This document shows, piece by piece, positions 9,698-17,860 of a stretch of DNA of 55,877 bases (within the stretch, counting starts at the first letter, position 1; the number at the start of each line of letters is the position of its first letter). Under the pieces are notes generated by a model that did not search any database, was not told the origin of the DNA, and worked only from the letters and a program-made list of their open reading frames with translations. The translations under genes and the position numbers were made by a program. Source of the DNA: a virus (Duplodnaviria > Caudoviricetes); the IMG/VR virus record IMGVR_UViG_3300037510_000220, positions 1 through 55,877 of that record; one strand, 5' to 3'.

Positions 9698-9876
9698 CCG
9701 ACCGCGAACTGGCAGACCTCCTCGACCAACTCTGGGCCGCCGAAGTCAAGCTGCGCAATGCCGGCGGATATGTGCCGATGACGCCGGAGGCGAATTTTCG
9801 GAACGGGGCGGAGGCTGCATTGAGGCTTCTGTCGGATGTTAACAGGCCACTTAAGAGAGTGGCGCAAGGAGAGTGA
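9694..9876 (+). CDS. Hypothetical protein
   Basis: ATGA coupling. Confidence 0.55.
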   Translation: MTDRELADLLDQLWAAEVKLRNAGGYVPMTPEANFRNGAEAALRLLSDVNRPLKRVAQGE

Positions 9877-9877
9877 G

Positions 9878-10348
9878 ATGGCTGAGAAAGAGTATTCGGC
9901 AGGTGACTCCGATGAGACTAACGCCTCCGCACGAGCAGCGGAGGCTGTGCCGATGTATTACATCGCCAGCTTGAAGCATACGCACAAGCACCATGAGCAT
10001 ATTACGTGGTGGGGACCGAATGGCTGCGGCTACACGCCAGTAGTTGGACCAAACATTGGCGAATACAGCGAAGAGCAGGCGCGCAAGCTGAATGACGGAC
10101 TTGACTACATCGCCATCCGCGTTGAAACGGTTCGCGGCATCTGTTCGCCAGTTCCGTACTACAAGCCGGGCGCGAGGTTCTATGACCAAATCGGCCCGGT
10201 CGTGGACAACACCAAAACCAATTGGGAAGCGCTGATTGCTGGCGCCATGCCGGGTGATTACAAGCGCAGGCCGAAGCCCGAGGCCTTCAAAGGGAAGCGC
10301 CGGTCTTTCTCCGATGTTGATAGCGCTCCCGCCATAGCCGCACGATAA
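9878..10348 (+). CDS. Hypothetical protein
   Basis: GGAG RBS; YYIASLKHT..ITWWGPNGCGYT. Confidence 0.7.
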   Translation: MAEKEYSAGDSDETNASARAAEAVPMYYIASLKHTHKHHEHITWWGPNGCGYTPVVGPNIGEYSEEQARKLNDGLDYIAIRVETVRGICSPVPYYKPGARFYDQIGPVVDNTKTNWEALIAGAMPGDYKRRPKPEAFKGKRRSFSDVDSAPAIAAR

Positions 10349-10375
10349 CCGCCTACAGAGTGAAAGGGAATTGAG

Positions 10376-10567
10376 ATGGGAAAACTTGACGGATATTCGC
10401 TAGAGGACCGCCGCCGAATTTCTGCTTTGGCCGCTAAGTTTATTCAAGGAATGATCGACAGAGAAGAAATTCCATGCACTACTGAGGCAATAAAAGCGGC
10501 TACTCCCTCGGCGGTGCAAGACGCCAAAGAAGTAATCAACGCAGTCAATGAGTTTCTTCGCGGCTAA
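10376..10567 (+). CDS. Hypothetical protein
   Basis: RBS and operon context. Confidence 0.6.
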   Translation: MGKLDGYSLEDRRRISALAAKFIQGMIDREEIPCTTEAIKAATPSAVQDAKEVINAVNEFLRG

Positions 10568-10595
10568 AAGTGACTCTCAAATAAAGGACCCCATC

Positions 10596-11273
10596 ATGAC
10601 CTTCCGCTTCCCCTCTGACTCTCCCGCCTCCCAAGCCCGTCTTGCGCGAGCAATAGAAAAAGAACGAGCTGCGCGTATGCCAAAGACTACGCGAGGTACG
10701 GCGTTTGAAGATCATCTGCGTGCTATTGGGCATCCTGCTGCGGCTGCGTGCAAAAGGTGCGGGCAAGTTGCCTGCGGGCAGACCGGTGAGTACCCATGCA
10801 AGTTGTGCGGACTGCCAACCCTTCACGATGCGCCCACCACTCCGCCCCAAGACCCGCGCGCCCAGGAGCAGGCCGCGCTTGTGCCGGAACTCAAGGCGGG
10901 GGATTTGGTGATGGTCGAGGATAACGGCAATGAGGCGCCCTGGGTGCCGCGTCATTTGCTCTATCTCGATCTGGATGGCGATGCCTGGTGCAAAAATATG
11001 CATCAGGCTAATTTGGAAAAAGAATTCCCCACGCATGAAGAAATCTGCTGGGGAAAACCGCGCCTTCCCACCCCCGCCGAACGCGCCCAGTCTGGCGGGT
11101 GGATCGAGCATGACGGGAAAGACGCCATCATGCCGGCACGCACAAAAATCGAATGGAAGGCGCGCGATGGGCGCTCGGCAATTTGTACATGGGGCGAACT
11201 TGGCGGAAAGACTTGGAATTCCGCATCGCCACGAGAAAACGACATCGTCGCCTACAAAGTCCTTCAGCCTTGA
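10596..11273 (+). CDS. Hypothetical mosaic protein with Cys cluster
   Basis: AAGGA RBS; CKRC..C..YPCKLCGLPTLHD. Confidence 0.65.
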   Translation: MTFRFPSDSPASQARLARAIEKERAARMPKTTRGTAFEDHLRAIGHPAAAACKRCGQVACGQTGEYPCKLCGLPTLHDAPTTPPQDPRAQEQAALVPELKAGDLVMVEDNGNEAPWVPRHLLYLDLDGDAWCKNMHQANLEKEFPTHEEICWGKPRLPTPAERAQSGGWIEHDGKDAIMPARTKIEWKARDGRSAICTWGELGGKTWNSASPRENDIVAYKVLQP

Positions 11274-11285
11274 AAGGGGAATATC

Positions 11286-11501
11286 GTGAGTGATACCCGC
11301 AGCAGATTTGAGGAGTGGTTGCGCAAGCAACCTTGCAGCTTCGGCTCGCTTGAAGAGGCTGCCGCATGGGACGCCTACCAAGCCGCCGAAGCGCAGGCGG
11401 TGCAGGAATGCGAGGCTATTTGCAAGCAAGGCCATCCAGAGGATAAGCCGGGCGATTACGCATATGCCATCCGCGCCGCCTTCCCCCACATCCAGGAGTA
11501 G
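11286..11501 (+). CDS. Hypothetical protein
   Basis: RSRFEEW..AWDAYQA pattern typical of phage early genes. Confidence 0.65.
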   Translation: MSDTRSRFEEWLRKQPCSFGSLEEAAAWDAYQAAEAQAVQECEAICKQGHPEDKPGDYAYAIRAAFPHIQE

Positions 11502-11503
11502 TC

Positions 11504-12115
11504 ATGGCTGATAAATCGGATACGCCGCGCACCGAAGGCATCATGGCCTGCGTGGATGATGGCCTGTTCAAAAACAACGATTACGAGCACCGCAAGGCGC
11601 TGCAAGAGGCCATCCGCATCGGCGTGGAAGACATGGAGCGAGAGTTGATCGCAGCACACTCCGCAGCGGTTCCTGGCCTTGCAATTGTCGCGCCGATTCG
11701 CTACGGCAATGGCCCTGGTGAGATTCTCCCGCCCGCCCCTCACCCAGAGGAATCGCAGGATTGGCGAACTGCGGTAATTGACGCGCTTGTTGTGGCAGGT
11801 ATCTATACCAAGGAGCACGACAGCAATCCTCGCAAGGCGCTGCACGAGTTGATTTGCTGGGAAAACTCTGTAGCACTTGACCCGCGAGTTTCGAAAGAGG
11901 CGCGAGCATTGCAGGAGGAATCGCAGGATGCGAGGCGGCTGCGCGAACTGTCTGAAATCCTGGTGAACGGCGGCTCAATTGACTGGGTATCGGCCAAGGG
12001 TTGCCGCTGTGGAATGTGCCGCGAGTACTGCATCGAGTCGGACGACAAGGAGTATCGCGCGGATACCTTGCTTGAAGCCATCGACGCCGCTATCGCCGCC
12101 AAGGAGGCACCGTGA
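11504..12115 (+). CDS. Hypothetical mosaic protein
   Basis: AGGAG RBS; ends EAIDAAIA. Confidence 0.7.
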   Translation: MADKSDTPRTEGIMACVDDGLFKNNDYEHRKALQEAIRIGVEDMERELIAAHSAAVPGLAIVAPIRYGNGPGEILPPAPHPEESQDWRTAVIDALVVAGIYTKEHDSNPRKALHELICWENSVALDPRVSKEARALQEESQDARRLRELSEILVNGGSIDWVSAKGCRCGMCREYCIESDDKEYRADTLLEAIDAAIAAKEAP

Positions 12116-12387
12116 GCAGAACCGAGAAATCCTGCATGCCGTGCGCTTGGCGCTCTCATTGGGACAGAGCCAGCTACTTAAGTGCAGAGGCTGCTTGCAC
12201 CCGTTGTGCCGGCGGGCAGCGCGCTAATGCTCAGACTATTCAATGGACCGAGTTCATCGAGGAGCCGCCTTACATCCCTAGCGACCCTGCCAAGCACCTG
12301 GACATGTGCAAGCAGATTCGCGCTAAACGGGACGCCGAAGTCGGGCTAAGAACGGACACGCCGCCCATCATGGAGTACTGCAGATGA
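12112..12387 (+). CDS. Hypothetical protein
   Basis: GGAGG RBS; GTGA coupling. Confidence 0.5.
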   Translation: MSRTEKSCMPCAWRSHWDRASYLSAEAACTRCAGGQRANAQTIQWTEFIEEPPYIPSDPAKHLDMCKQIRAKRDAEVGLRTDTPPIMEYCR

Positions 12388-12716
12388 CCACAACCGAAGA
12401 ACTCCAGCAGCTAAGCCGGGATGCGGCGGGGTGTTTGCTGGAAGGGATTTTAGGGAACGAGATACTGCTCGGCGGTAGGAATCTGTACGCAAACGGGATG
12501 CTTGGTTTTCCCGATGTGTTCGGGATGCTCTGGCTCCACGAATCCACTGAAGCATGCACGGAAATAATGCTTGTATTCATCAAGCCTTTCCCAGACACAT
12601 TTCGAGACTTGTGGATGCGGTATGACGGCCTTGTGCTTACCGGGGAAATGAGCGGTGCGCCAGCTTTTCGAGTGGCAACCCTGCGAACGTATGTCGCGCT
12701 GAAAGGGAAATTGTGA
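12384..12716 (+). CDS. Hypothetical protein
   Basis: ATGA coupling. Confidence 0.5.
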   Translation: MTTTEELQQLSRDAAGCLLEGILGNEILLGGRNLYANGMLGFPDVFGMLWLHESTEACTEIMLVFIKPFPDTFRDLWMRYDGLVLTGEMSGAPAFRVATLRTYVALKGKL

Positions 12717-12871
12717 TCTTCTTCTATCGCAATAACGCCAGTCACGGCAACGTGATTTTCATCTGCTACGCCAAGAACATCACCAGCGCCGATGCGCAAT
12801 TCTGCATGGAACTCGGCAAGTTGCCGTCCAAGCTGACGCACATCGGCTGCACGTTTCAGGAGGAATAGAAC

Positions 12872-13681
12872 ATGACCGACCAGCAAGAGCGCGAGGCGTT
12901 CACCGAATGGTACGAGAGTACCGACTTCTTCAAGTCCAATCGACTGCGCCTAGATGACAAGGAAACGCGCCGCGCTGTGCTTCGCAACGTCTGGGAGCAG
13001 GCTCTTGTCAGTTCTCCGCCAGTGCTGCCCGCCGAGTTGAAAGCCGGGCACATGCGGTTCGCGGCCGGCGTGTCTCTGTCCACGGTAGCCAAGTATATCG
13101 AGCGGTTGCAAAAGTACCTGCACGAACTTAAGCCGATGGACCCGGAAAAATCTCAGCAGTTACGCGCTCTGCTTGATGGAATCCAGCGCAGAAACGAGGA
13201 ATTCGAGAAAGGAGGTGATGCCAATGGACCCGACTCAGCTTCCAGTAATGCACAACCGGGGGCGGCGCATCCGGTAAACACGCCGTTTATCAAGGATGCG
13301 GCTTTCTTCGAGGCGCAACGGGCAATCGCCGCATCATTCGCCCGCGCCACCATCCCACAAGGCATGCGGATGGTGCCTACGCGAGTGAGTATCAGCGGCA
13401 TGTACGACATGCACCTATTCCACTCGATACCAGGAGCAACAGTCGAGGAGGTTATTGCCAACTGGCTCAAGCACAACGAGGAACCAGACGAATACGGCAA
13501 GTCATACCTATGCCCGGCGATTGTTCTGTCTGGTGACAAGGAACTTCGCCGCGTCGGCAAGATGGTGTTCCAGGATCGACTGGAAGAATTGGATGCCTAT
13601 AAAGAGGCGCTCTTGGCCGATCCTGACATTTCGCGCTTGCTCGCCGCCGCTCCCCAGCAACCTGACGAGGGCGGGACATGA
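12872..13681 (+). CDS. Hypothetical mosaic protein
   Basis: GGAGG RBS; EREAFTEW start, LLAAAPQQP end. Confidence 0.7.
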   Translation: MTDQQEREAFTEWYESTDFFKSNRLRLDDKETRRAVLRNVWEQALVSSPPVLPAELKAGHMRFAAGVSLSTVAKYIERLQKYLHELKPMDPEKSQQLRALLDGIQRRNEEFEKGGDANGPDSASSNAQPGAAHPVNTPFIKDAAFFEAQRAIAASFARATIPQGMRMVPTRVSISGMYDMHLFHSIPGATVEEVIANWLKHNEEPDEYGKSYLCPAIVLSGDKELRRVGKMVFQDRLEELDAYKEALLADPDISRLLAAAPQQPDEGGT

Positions 13682-13896
13682 GCGCGGAACTTGAGCGGCG
13701 CCTGTACGAGAAGTACGGCCCGCGGCTTGACATGGACCAACTGGCCGAGTTCATGAACATCACCAGGTCCACCCTGGACACCAAGGTCAGCCGGGACACA
13801 ATGCCGCTGGCCACGTACAAGGAGGGCAAGCGCCGGTACTGCAACACTACGGTTTTGGCGGCTTATCTTTCAAGTCGTGAAGCGACTCCGGCTTGA
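13678..13896 (+). CDS. Excisionase-like HTH protein
   Basis: Short HTH (LDMDQLAEFMNITRSTL); convergent with integrase. Confidence 0.75.
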   Translation: MSAELERRLYEKYGPRLDMDQLAEFMNITRSTLDTKVSRDTMPLATYKEGKRRYCNTTVLAAYLSSREATPA

Positions 13897-14845
13897 GATT
13901 CGTATAACGCCGAAGGTGGCGCCAATCCTTGTGACCAGAAACCAGGGCCACTTGCGGAATATCGTAGCCGCGCTCGAACATGGCCGAGATTCCTTCGTGC
14001 CGTAGGTCGTGAAAATGCAGATCGGGAATGTTCAGATCCCGGCAGGCCCAAGTGAACTTGTTGGACAGGGTATGCGGATTGATCGGGAATATCTTGCCGC
14101 TTGCGTGCTCCGGCTGCCTCCTGATGATTTCCCAGGAGTCCCCGAGAAGGGCGATCTCTTCATTGTTGCCGATCTTGTTCCGCGGGTGCTTCCGGTCCCG
14201 GATGATGACGGTCTTCTTCTTGTCGTTCACGTCGGCTCGCAATATGCGGGTGACTTCCCCCTGCCTCATGGCAGTGATGCAGGCGAACAGCGTTGCGTCC
14301 CTATAGGGCTGCTCCAGCGCCCCCAGAATCCGCGCGAACTCATCGTCCTCAGGTCTACGCTCCCGCTTCCCGCCATCGCCTATCAGGCCCAGGTACTTGA
14401 GCTTGGCGCGCGCCTGGTTCATGACCTCCGGGATGCCGTTGGAGGCGTACCGGTAGATCGTGCCGAGCTTGGAGATATCACAGTTGATTGTGTAGGGGCC
14501 GGCCCTCTCCTTGCTCTTTCTCTCGACGGCGAAGGCGATCAGATCCTCAACGGTCAGCACGGCGCTCTTTTTCCCCAAATGTCGGTCCAGGGTTTTCAGG
14601 GTGTAGTGTTCCGTGGATTTGTCATCGATCGGCCGCGACAGGTCACGCAGCCTCCGGTATTCCTTTATCATGTCGGAGACGGTTTCGTGCCTTTCTGGAA
14701 GTCGGCCGGCGTCGAGCTGGTCTTCAATCTCCCGAGCCCATCGCTCTGCATCGGACTTTTTCTCGAAGCGCTTGGTGATCTGCGGCCGGCCCTTCCTGCG
14801 GATCAGCGCCCGCCACTTGCCGTCGATCTTGCAGATGCTTGCCAT
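13847..14845 (-). CDS. int: Tyrosine integrase
   Basis: TAMRQGE, FHDLRHEG, SGHKDWRHLRRY catalytic motifs. Confidence 0.95.
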   Translation of the reverse strand: MASICKIDGKWRALIRRKGRPQITKRFEKKSDAERWAREIEDQLDAGRLPERHETVSDMIKEYRRLRDLSRPIDDKSTEHYTLKTLDRHLGKKSAVLTVEDLIAFAVERKSKERAGPYTINCDISKLGTIYRYASNGIPEVMNQARAKLKYLGLIGDGGKRERRPEDDEFARILGALEQPYRDATLFACITAMRQGEVTRILRADVNDKKKTVIIRDRKHPRNKIGNNEEIALLGDSWEIIRRQPEHASGKIFPINPHTLSNKFTWACRDLNIPDLHFHDLRHEGISAMFERGYDIPQVALVSGHKDWRHLRRYTNLKPESLHDLKDKPPKP

Positions 14846-14951
14846 GACTCACCCTGTATCAGTACGCGACTCACCACCGCGCAAAGTATCGCAAAAAAAG
14901 GCTATTTAAGCCACTATCAGACAATACATCGCAAGTGTAGAATGGATACGC

Positions 14952-14966
14952 CCCGCCGTAGTTCAA
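14952..14966 (+). other. Candidate attP core resembling a tRNA 5' end (CCCGCCGTAGTTCAA)
   Basis: Upstream of int; acceptor-strand + TA + D-stem pattern, truncated; TAGAAT -10 at 14938-14943. Confidence 0.45.
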
Positions 14967-14982
14967 GGCGAGCCATCAGAGG

Positions 14983-15426
14983 ATGTTCCACGTGAAACAA
15001 CTCACTTTTGACTCAGAACAACTGCTGACCGAGGCAGAGATTGTTGGCCTGGCGCGGGAAATGAAGGTCTATTGCGGGATCTATTTTTTGATCCTGGATG
15101 ACAAGATCGTCTACGTTGGCCAGTCGAACAACATCTATAACCGCTTGGCGCGGCACATCCACGGCAAGAGCAAGAACTTCAATCAGTTCAGCTTCATCGA
15201 GGTTCCGCTCGATCAACTCAATATGGTTGAGACAGCCTACATTCATCACTTCCGACCAAAGTACAACTTCGGCACCAATGGATTTTTGCGCACGCCGGCC
15301 GTGGAGGCTGGGCTGAACCGCGGGAAGAGCGATCGCAAATCATTGACGCGGCAACTCAAGGAATACAACAAGAAGTGGGAGGGGCGCGGCGCAGAGTGGG
15401 CAAAAATGGTTGCGGAAAAGCTTTAG
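14983..15426 (+). CDS. GIY-YIG nuclease family protein (start uncertain, possibly 15061)
   Basis: GIYFL..VYVGQS..RLARH..E..YI..RPKYN. Confidence 0.85.
   Translation: MFHVKQLTFDSEQLLTEAEIVGLAREMKVYCGIYFLILDDKIVYVGQSNNIYNRLARHIHGKSKNFNQFSFIEVPLDQLNMVETAYIHHFRPKYNFGTNGFLRTPAVEAGLNRGKSDRKSLTRQLKEYNKKWEGRGAEWAKMVAEKL
14984..14999. promoter_or_regulatory. parS: parS site TGTTCCACGTGAAACA
   Basis: Exact match to the ParB/Spo0J consensus TGTTNCACGTGAAACA. Confidence 0.8.
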
Positions 15427-15464
15427 ATCGCTTGAAAAATTATTGCATCTTCTGCAAACCGATC

Positions 15465-15493
15465 TTGACTGCCGCGCCCGACAGGCGCAGAAT
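15465..15493 (+). promoter_or_regulatory. Sigma70-like promoter for the ncRNA/tRNA operon
   Basis: TTGACT-17-CAGAAT immediately before the first stem at 15497. Confidence 0.55.
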
Positions 15494-15496
15494 TTA

Positions 15497-16334
15497 GGCG
15501 CTGGATCGTGTGGCCGCCCAGGAAGGAGAACAGCGGGCAGCATCAATCGAAGCCGGCACCGAATCCCGTAAGCCTGTGCAAAGGTGTTACTCCGCAGGCC
15601 AGTTTGTGGCTACCTGGCAAAGCCTCCGGCGCCCACAGCCGCCTTAGTTGGGGGCTGGAACCGTTCTGCAGAGCGCAACCCCAGTCTAACCCTGCATACA
15701 GGTGCGCAGTGCGCCGCCACCGGATGCGAAATGTCCGGGTCAACACGCATGCGGATTGCAGCCATACATACCCCCTTGGGTTGAGGTCATTTGCCTGCTC
15801 AGCAGGATCAGTCCGCAGCCGCCTTGATGAACAGCAGCAGTACCGAAAACGGGAAATAGCGGGTCGAGTCCGCAGAAGCGATTGGTGAACTTAAGATAGC
15901 CATGAGCAGATCGACTAAGAAAAGTCGCCCGTGCAATACAGCAGCAGTACCGATTTGGTGAATGCGCAGGCTGATGCGCGAATATTAATCCGAGAATGTC
16001 AGCAAAGCCGTGTGAGCGACGACAGAAAGCGAAGCCAGTGGACGGTCCACATTAAATGCCGACTCGGAGAAACTCACATGCCGGGGATCAGCGCCGGCCA
16101 CCAAACTACCTGCCGGCCGTGCGACGGGTACGATTTATGCACGGATGGCAGCCGGGAAAGACCGGCACCAAGAAGCCTGGGTGCCTGGTTAAAAATGCTA
16201 AGGGGCCGTTCATGAGCGGCGATAACTCGAGGCGCGAGGCCCCAGCCTTGTTGGTGACAGCACTGCGGGAGTGGGTCTAACGCCTCCCCGGGCCTGCCGA
16301 TCCGGCAGTGTGGCGGTGAGTCGCCTTCCAACAA
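15497..16334 (+). ncRNA. Putative structured ncRNA region (tandem stem-closed modules) ahead of the tRNA cluster
   Basis: No convincing ORF; closing stems 15497-505/15625-33, 15750-58/15809-17, 15954-60/16099-105, 16248-54/16328-34. Confidence 0.6.
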
Positions 16335-16348
16335 CCACAGGAGCCAGC

Positions 16349-16558
16349 ATGCTACCAAACCGAACCCGCCAGGCCGTTGCAAGCGTCACCAGACAGCTCC
16401 AGGCGCGCGGCGTCCGCGGCATGCACTTCACCTACGCCCCAGGCGCCCACAGGCTCTCCCGCAACCGCCAAGTGCTCGCCCGGGTCCGCGTGCTCAAGGC
16501 GTACCTGCACGGCAAGTCGCGGCCGGCGGCGCCGATCGGCGATTCAGTGCCAGCATGA
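16349..16558 (+). CDS. Small basic hypothetical protein
   Basis: AGGAG RBS before ATG. Confidence 0.55.
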   Translation: MLPNRTRQAVASVTRQLQARGVRGMHFTYAPGAHRLSRNRQVLARVRVLKAYLHGKSRPAAPIGDSVPA

Positions 16559-16743
16559 AGTCCCGCGCCACCATCTTCGCCGCCTCCCCGCACCGGAGCA
16601 ACTGGAAGCGCCAGTTTCGCCGCGCCATGAACCACAGAGCGCCCTACCCCACGCGCAAGGAGCGGCCCTGTTGCCTGCTCGGGGAGAAGTTTAGGCTCGT
16701 CAGGTCGGAGCGGCATCCGTGGCGGGTGCGTATCTGTATCTGA
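16555..16743 (+). CDS. Small basic hypothetical protein
   Basis: ATGA coupling. Confidence 0.45.
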   Translation: MKSRATIFAASPHRSNWKRQFRRAMNHRAPYPTRKERPCCLLGEKFRLVRSERHPWRVRICI

Positions 16744-16756
16744 TGGGAACCAATCA

Positions 16757-16832
16757 GCCGCTGTAGCTCAGCAGGCAGAGCAGCCGACTCGTAATCGGCA
16801 GGCCATCCGTTCGATTCGGATCGGCGGCGCCA
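16757..16832 (+). tRNA. tRNA-Thr(CGT)
   Basis: Cloverleaf, loop CTCGTAA, TTCGA T-loop, CCA. Confidence 0.9.
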
Positions 16833-16913
16833 AAAAACTTCTTGCATCAAATGCAAATCCGTGGCAGCATCTCGATATCATGAATCGCACCGATCAACCA
16901 CGACCGACCACCT

Positions 16914-16988
16914 CTGGGCGTAGCTCAGTGGCAGAGTCCGCGCCTTGGAAGCGCGATGTCGTTGGTTCGATCCCAACCGCCCAGACCA
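16914..16988 (+). tRNA. tRNA-Pro(TGG)
   Basis: Cloverleaf, CGCGC-CTTGGAA-GCGCG, CCA. Confidence 0.9.
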
Positions 16989-17021
16989 CCCGATCATTAC
17001 GATACCGACTCAGTTAACACT

Positions 17022-17099
17022 GGGCCGATGGCGTAATAGGTAAACGCGACACGCCTCAAAAGCGTGACTCTCTGGGTTCGAATCCCAGTCGGCCTACCA
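17022..17099 (+). tRNA. tRNA-Leu(CAA), short variable loop
   Basis: CACGC-CTCAAAA-GCGTG, TTCGAAT, ACCA. Confidence 0.88.
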
Positions 17100-17104
17100 T
17101 CTAC

Positions 17105-17190
17105 GGGTAGGTGGGTGAGCGGCGAAGCCAGGAGCCTGTAAAGCTCTTACATCAGAAACAGCGCTGGTTCGAGTCCAGCCCTACCCACCA
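17105..17190 (+). tRNA. tRNA-Tyr(GTA)
   Basis: GGAGC-CTGTAAA-GCTCT, long variable region, ACCA. Confidence 0.88.
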
Positions 17191-17196
17191 CGAATT

Positions 17197-17273
17197 GCCC
17201 CCTTGGCCAAATTGGCAAAGGCGCCGCGCTTAGAACGCGGAGATTCTCGGTTCGAGTCCGAGAGGGGGTACCA
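17197..17273 (+). tRNA. tRNA-Leu(TAG), short variable loop
   Basis: CCGCG-CTTAGAA-CGCGG, ACCA. Confidence 0.88.
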
Positions 17274-17279
17274 CGACAC

Positions 17280-17366
17280 GGATTGCGCTGCTGGGTTGGC
17301 CGGCAACTAGTCTCGAAAACTAGGGTGACCGAAAGGTTAGGAGTTCGACTCTTCCGCTTTCCGCCA
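17280..17366 (+). tRNA. tRNA-Ser(CGA)
   Basis: CTAGT-CTCGAAA-ACTAG, long variable arm, GCCA; two acceptor mismatches. Confidence 0.8.
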
Positions 17367-17403
17367 AGAATGCGTAGACTTGGCGCTTACTTGCGAGGTC
17401 TTA

Positions 17404-17763
17404 ATGGGCAACAAAAAGAGCGACAAACTCGGCATGAATGAAGGTACCGCGAGGAATGTTCTCTTGCGCGATACGTTATTCAGATTTGTTGTCAATTCCG
17501 GGCACCACTGCTTTAGGTGTGGCGGCGTCCTGGAACGGAGCAACTTCAGTCTTGACCATATGGAATCTTGGCTGGACGCCGAGAACCCATCCGCCACTTT
17601 CTTCGATCAAGACAACATTGCCTTCAGTCACTTGAGTTGCAATTCGGCCGCCGGCGCAAAAAAGCAACGGCCGAGAAAATATACGCCGGAAGAGGCGAGG
17701 CAACGAGCAAGAGAAAGCCGGCAAAGGTACGAGGCAAAAAAGAAACTCCTAGTCACGGCATAG
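17404..17763 (+). CDS. HNH endonuclease
   Basis: CFRCG..SLDH..NIAFSHLSCN; GAGG RBS. Confidence 0.8.
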   Translation: MGNKKSDKLGMNEGTARNVLLRDTLFRFVVNSGHHCFRCGGVLERSNFSLDHMESWLDAENPSATFFDQDNIAFSHLSCNSAAGAKKQRPRKYTPEEARQRARESRQRYEAKKKLLVTA

Positions 17764-17774
17764 CTCTCCGCCAA

Positions 17775-17859
17775 GGTAGGTTGGCAGAATGGTATTGCAG
17801 CGGCTTGCTAAGCCGTGGGTGGAAACGCCCTGTAGGTTCGATCCCTACACCTACCGCCA
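17775..17859 (+). tRNA. tRNA-Ser(GCT)
   Basis: GCGGC-TTGCTAA-GCCGT, long variable arm, GCCA. Confidence 0.9.
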
Positions 17860-17860
17860 C

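Noticed and set aside
15824-15852. Hammerhead ribozyme (TTGATGA...GAAA)
   Set aside because: Core is not CTGATGA and the required stems were not evident
17197-17273. Amber suppressor tRNA or recoding
   Set aside because: Anticodon TAG reads Leu CTA codons; genes translate normally with the standard code
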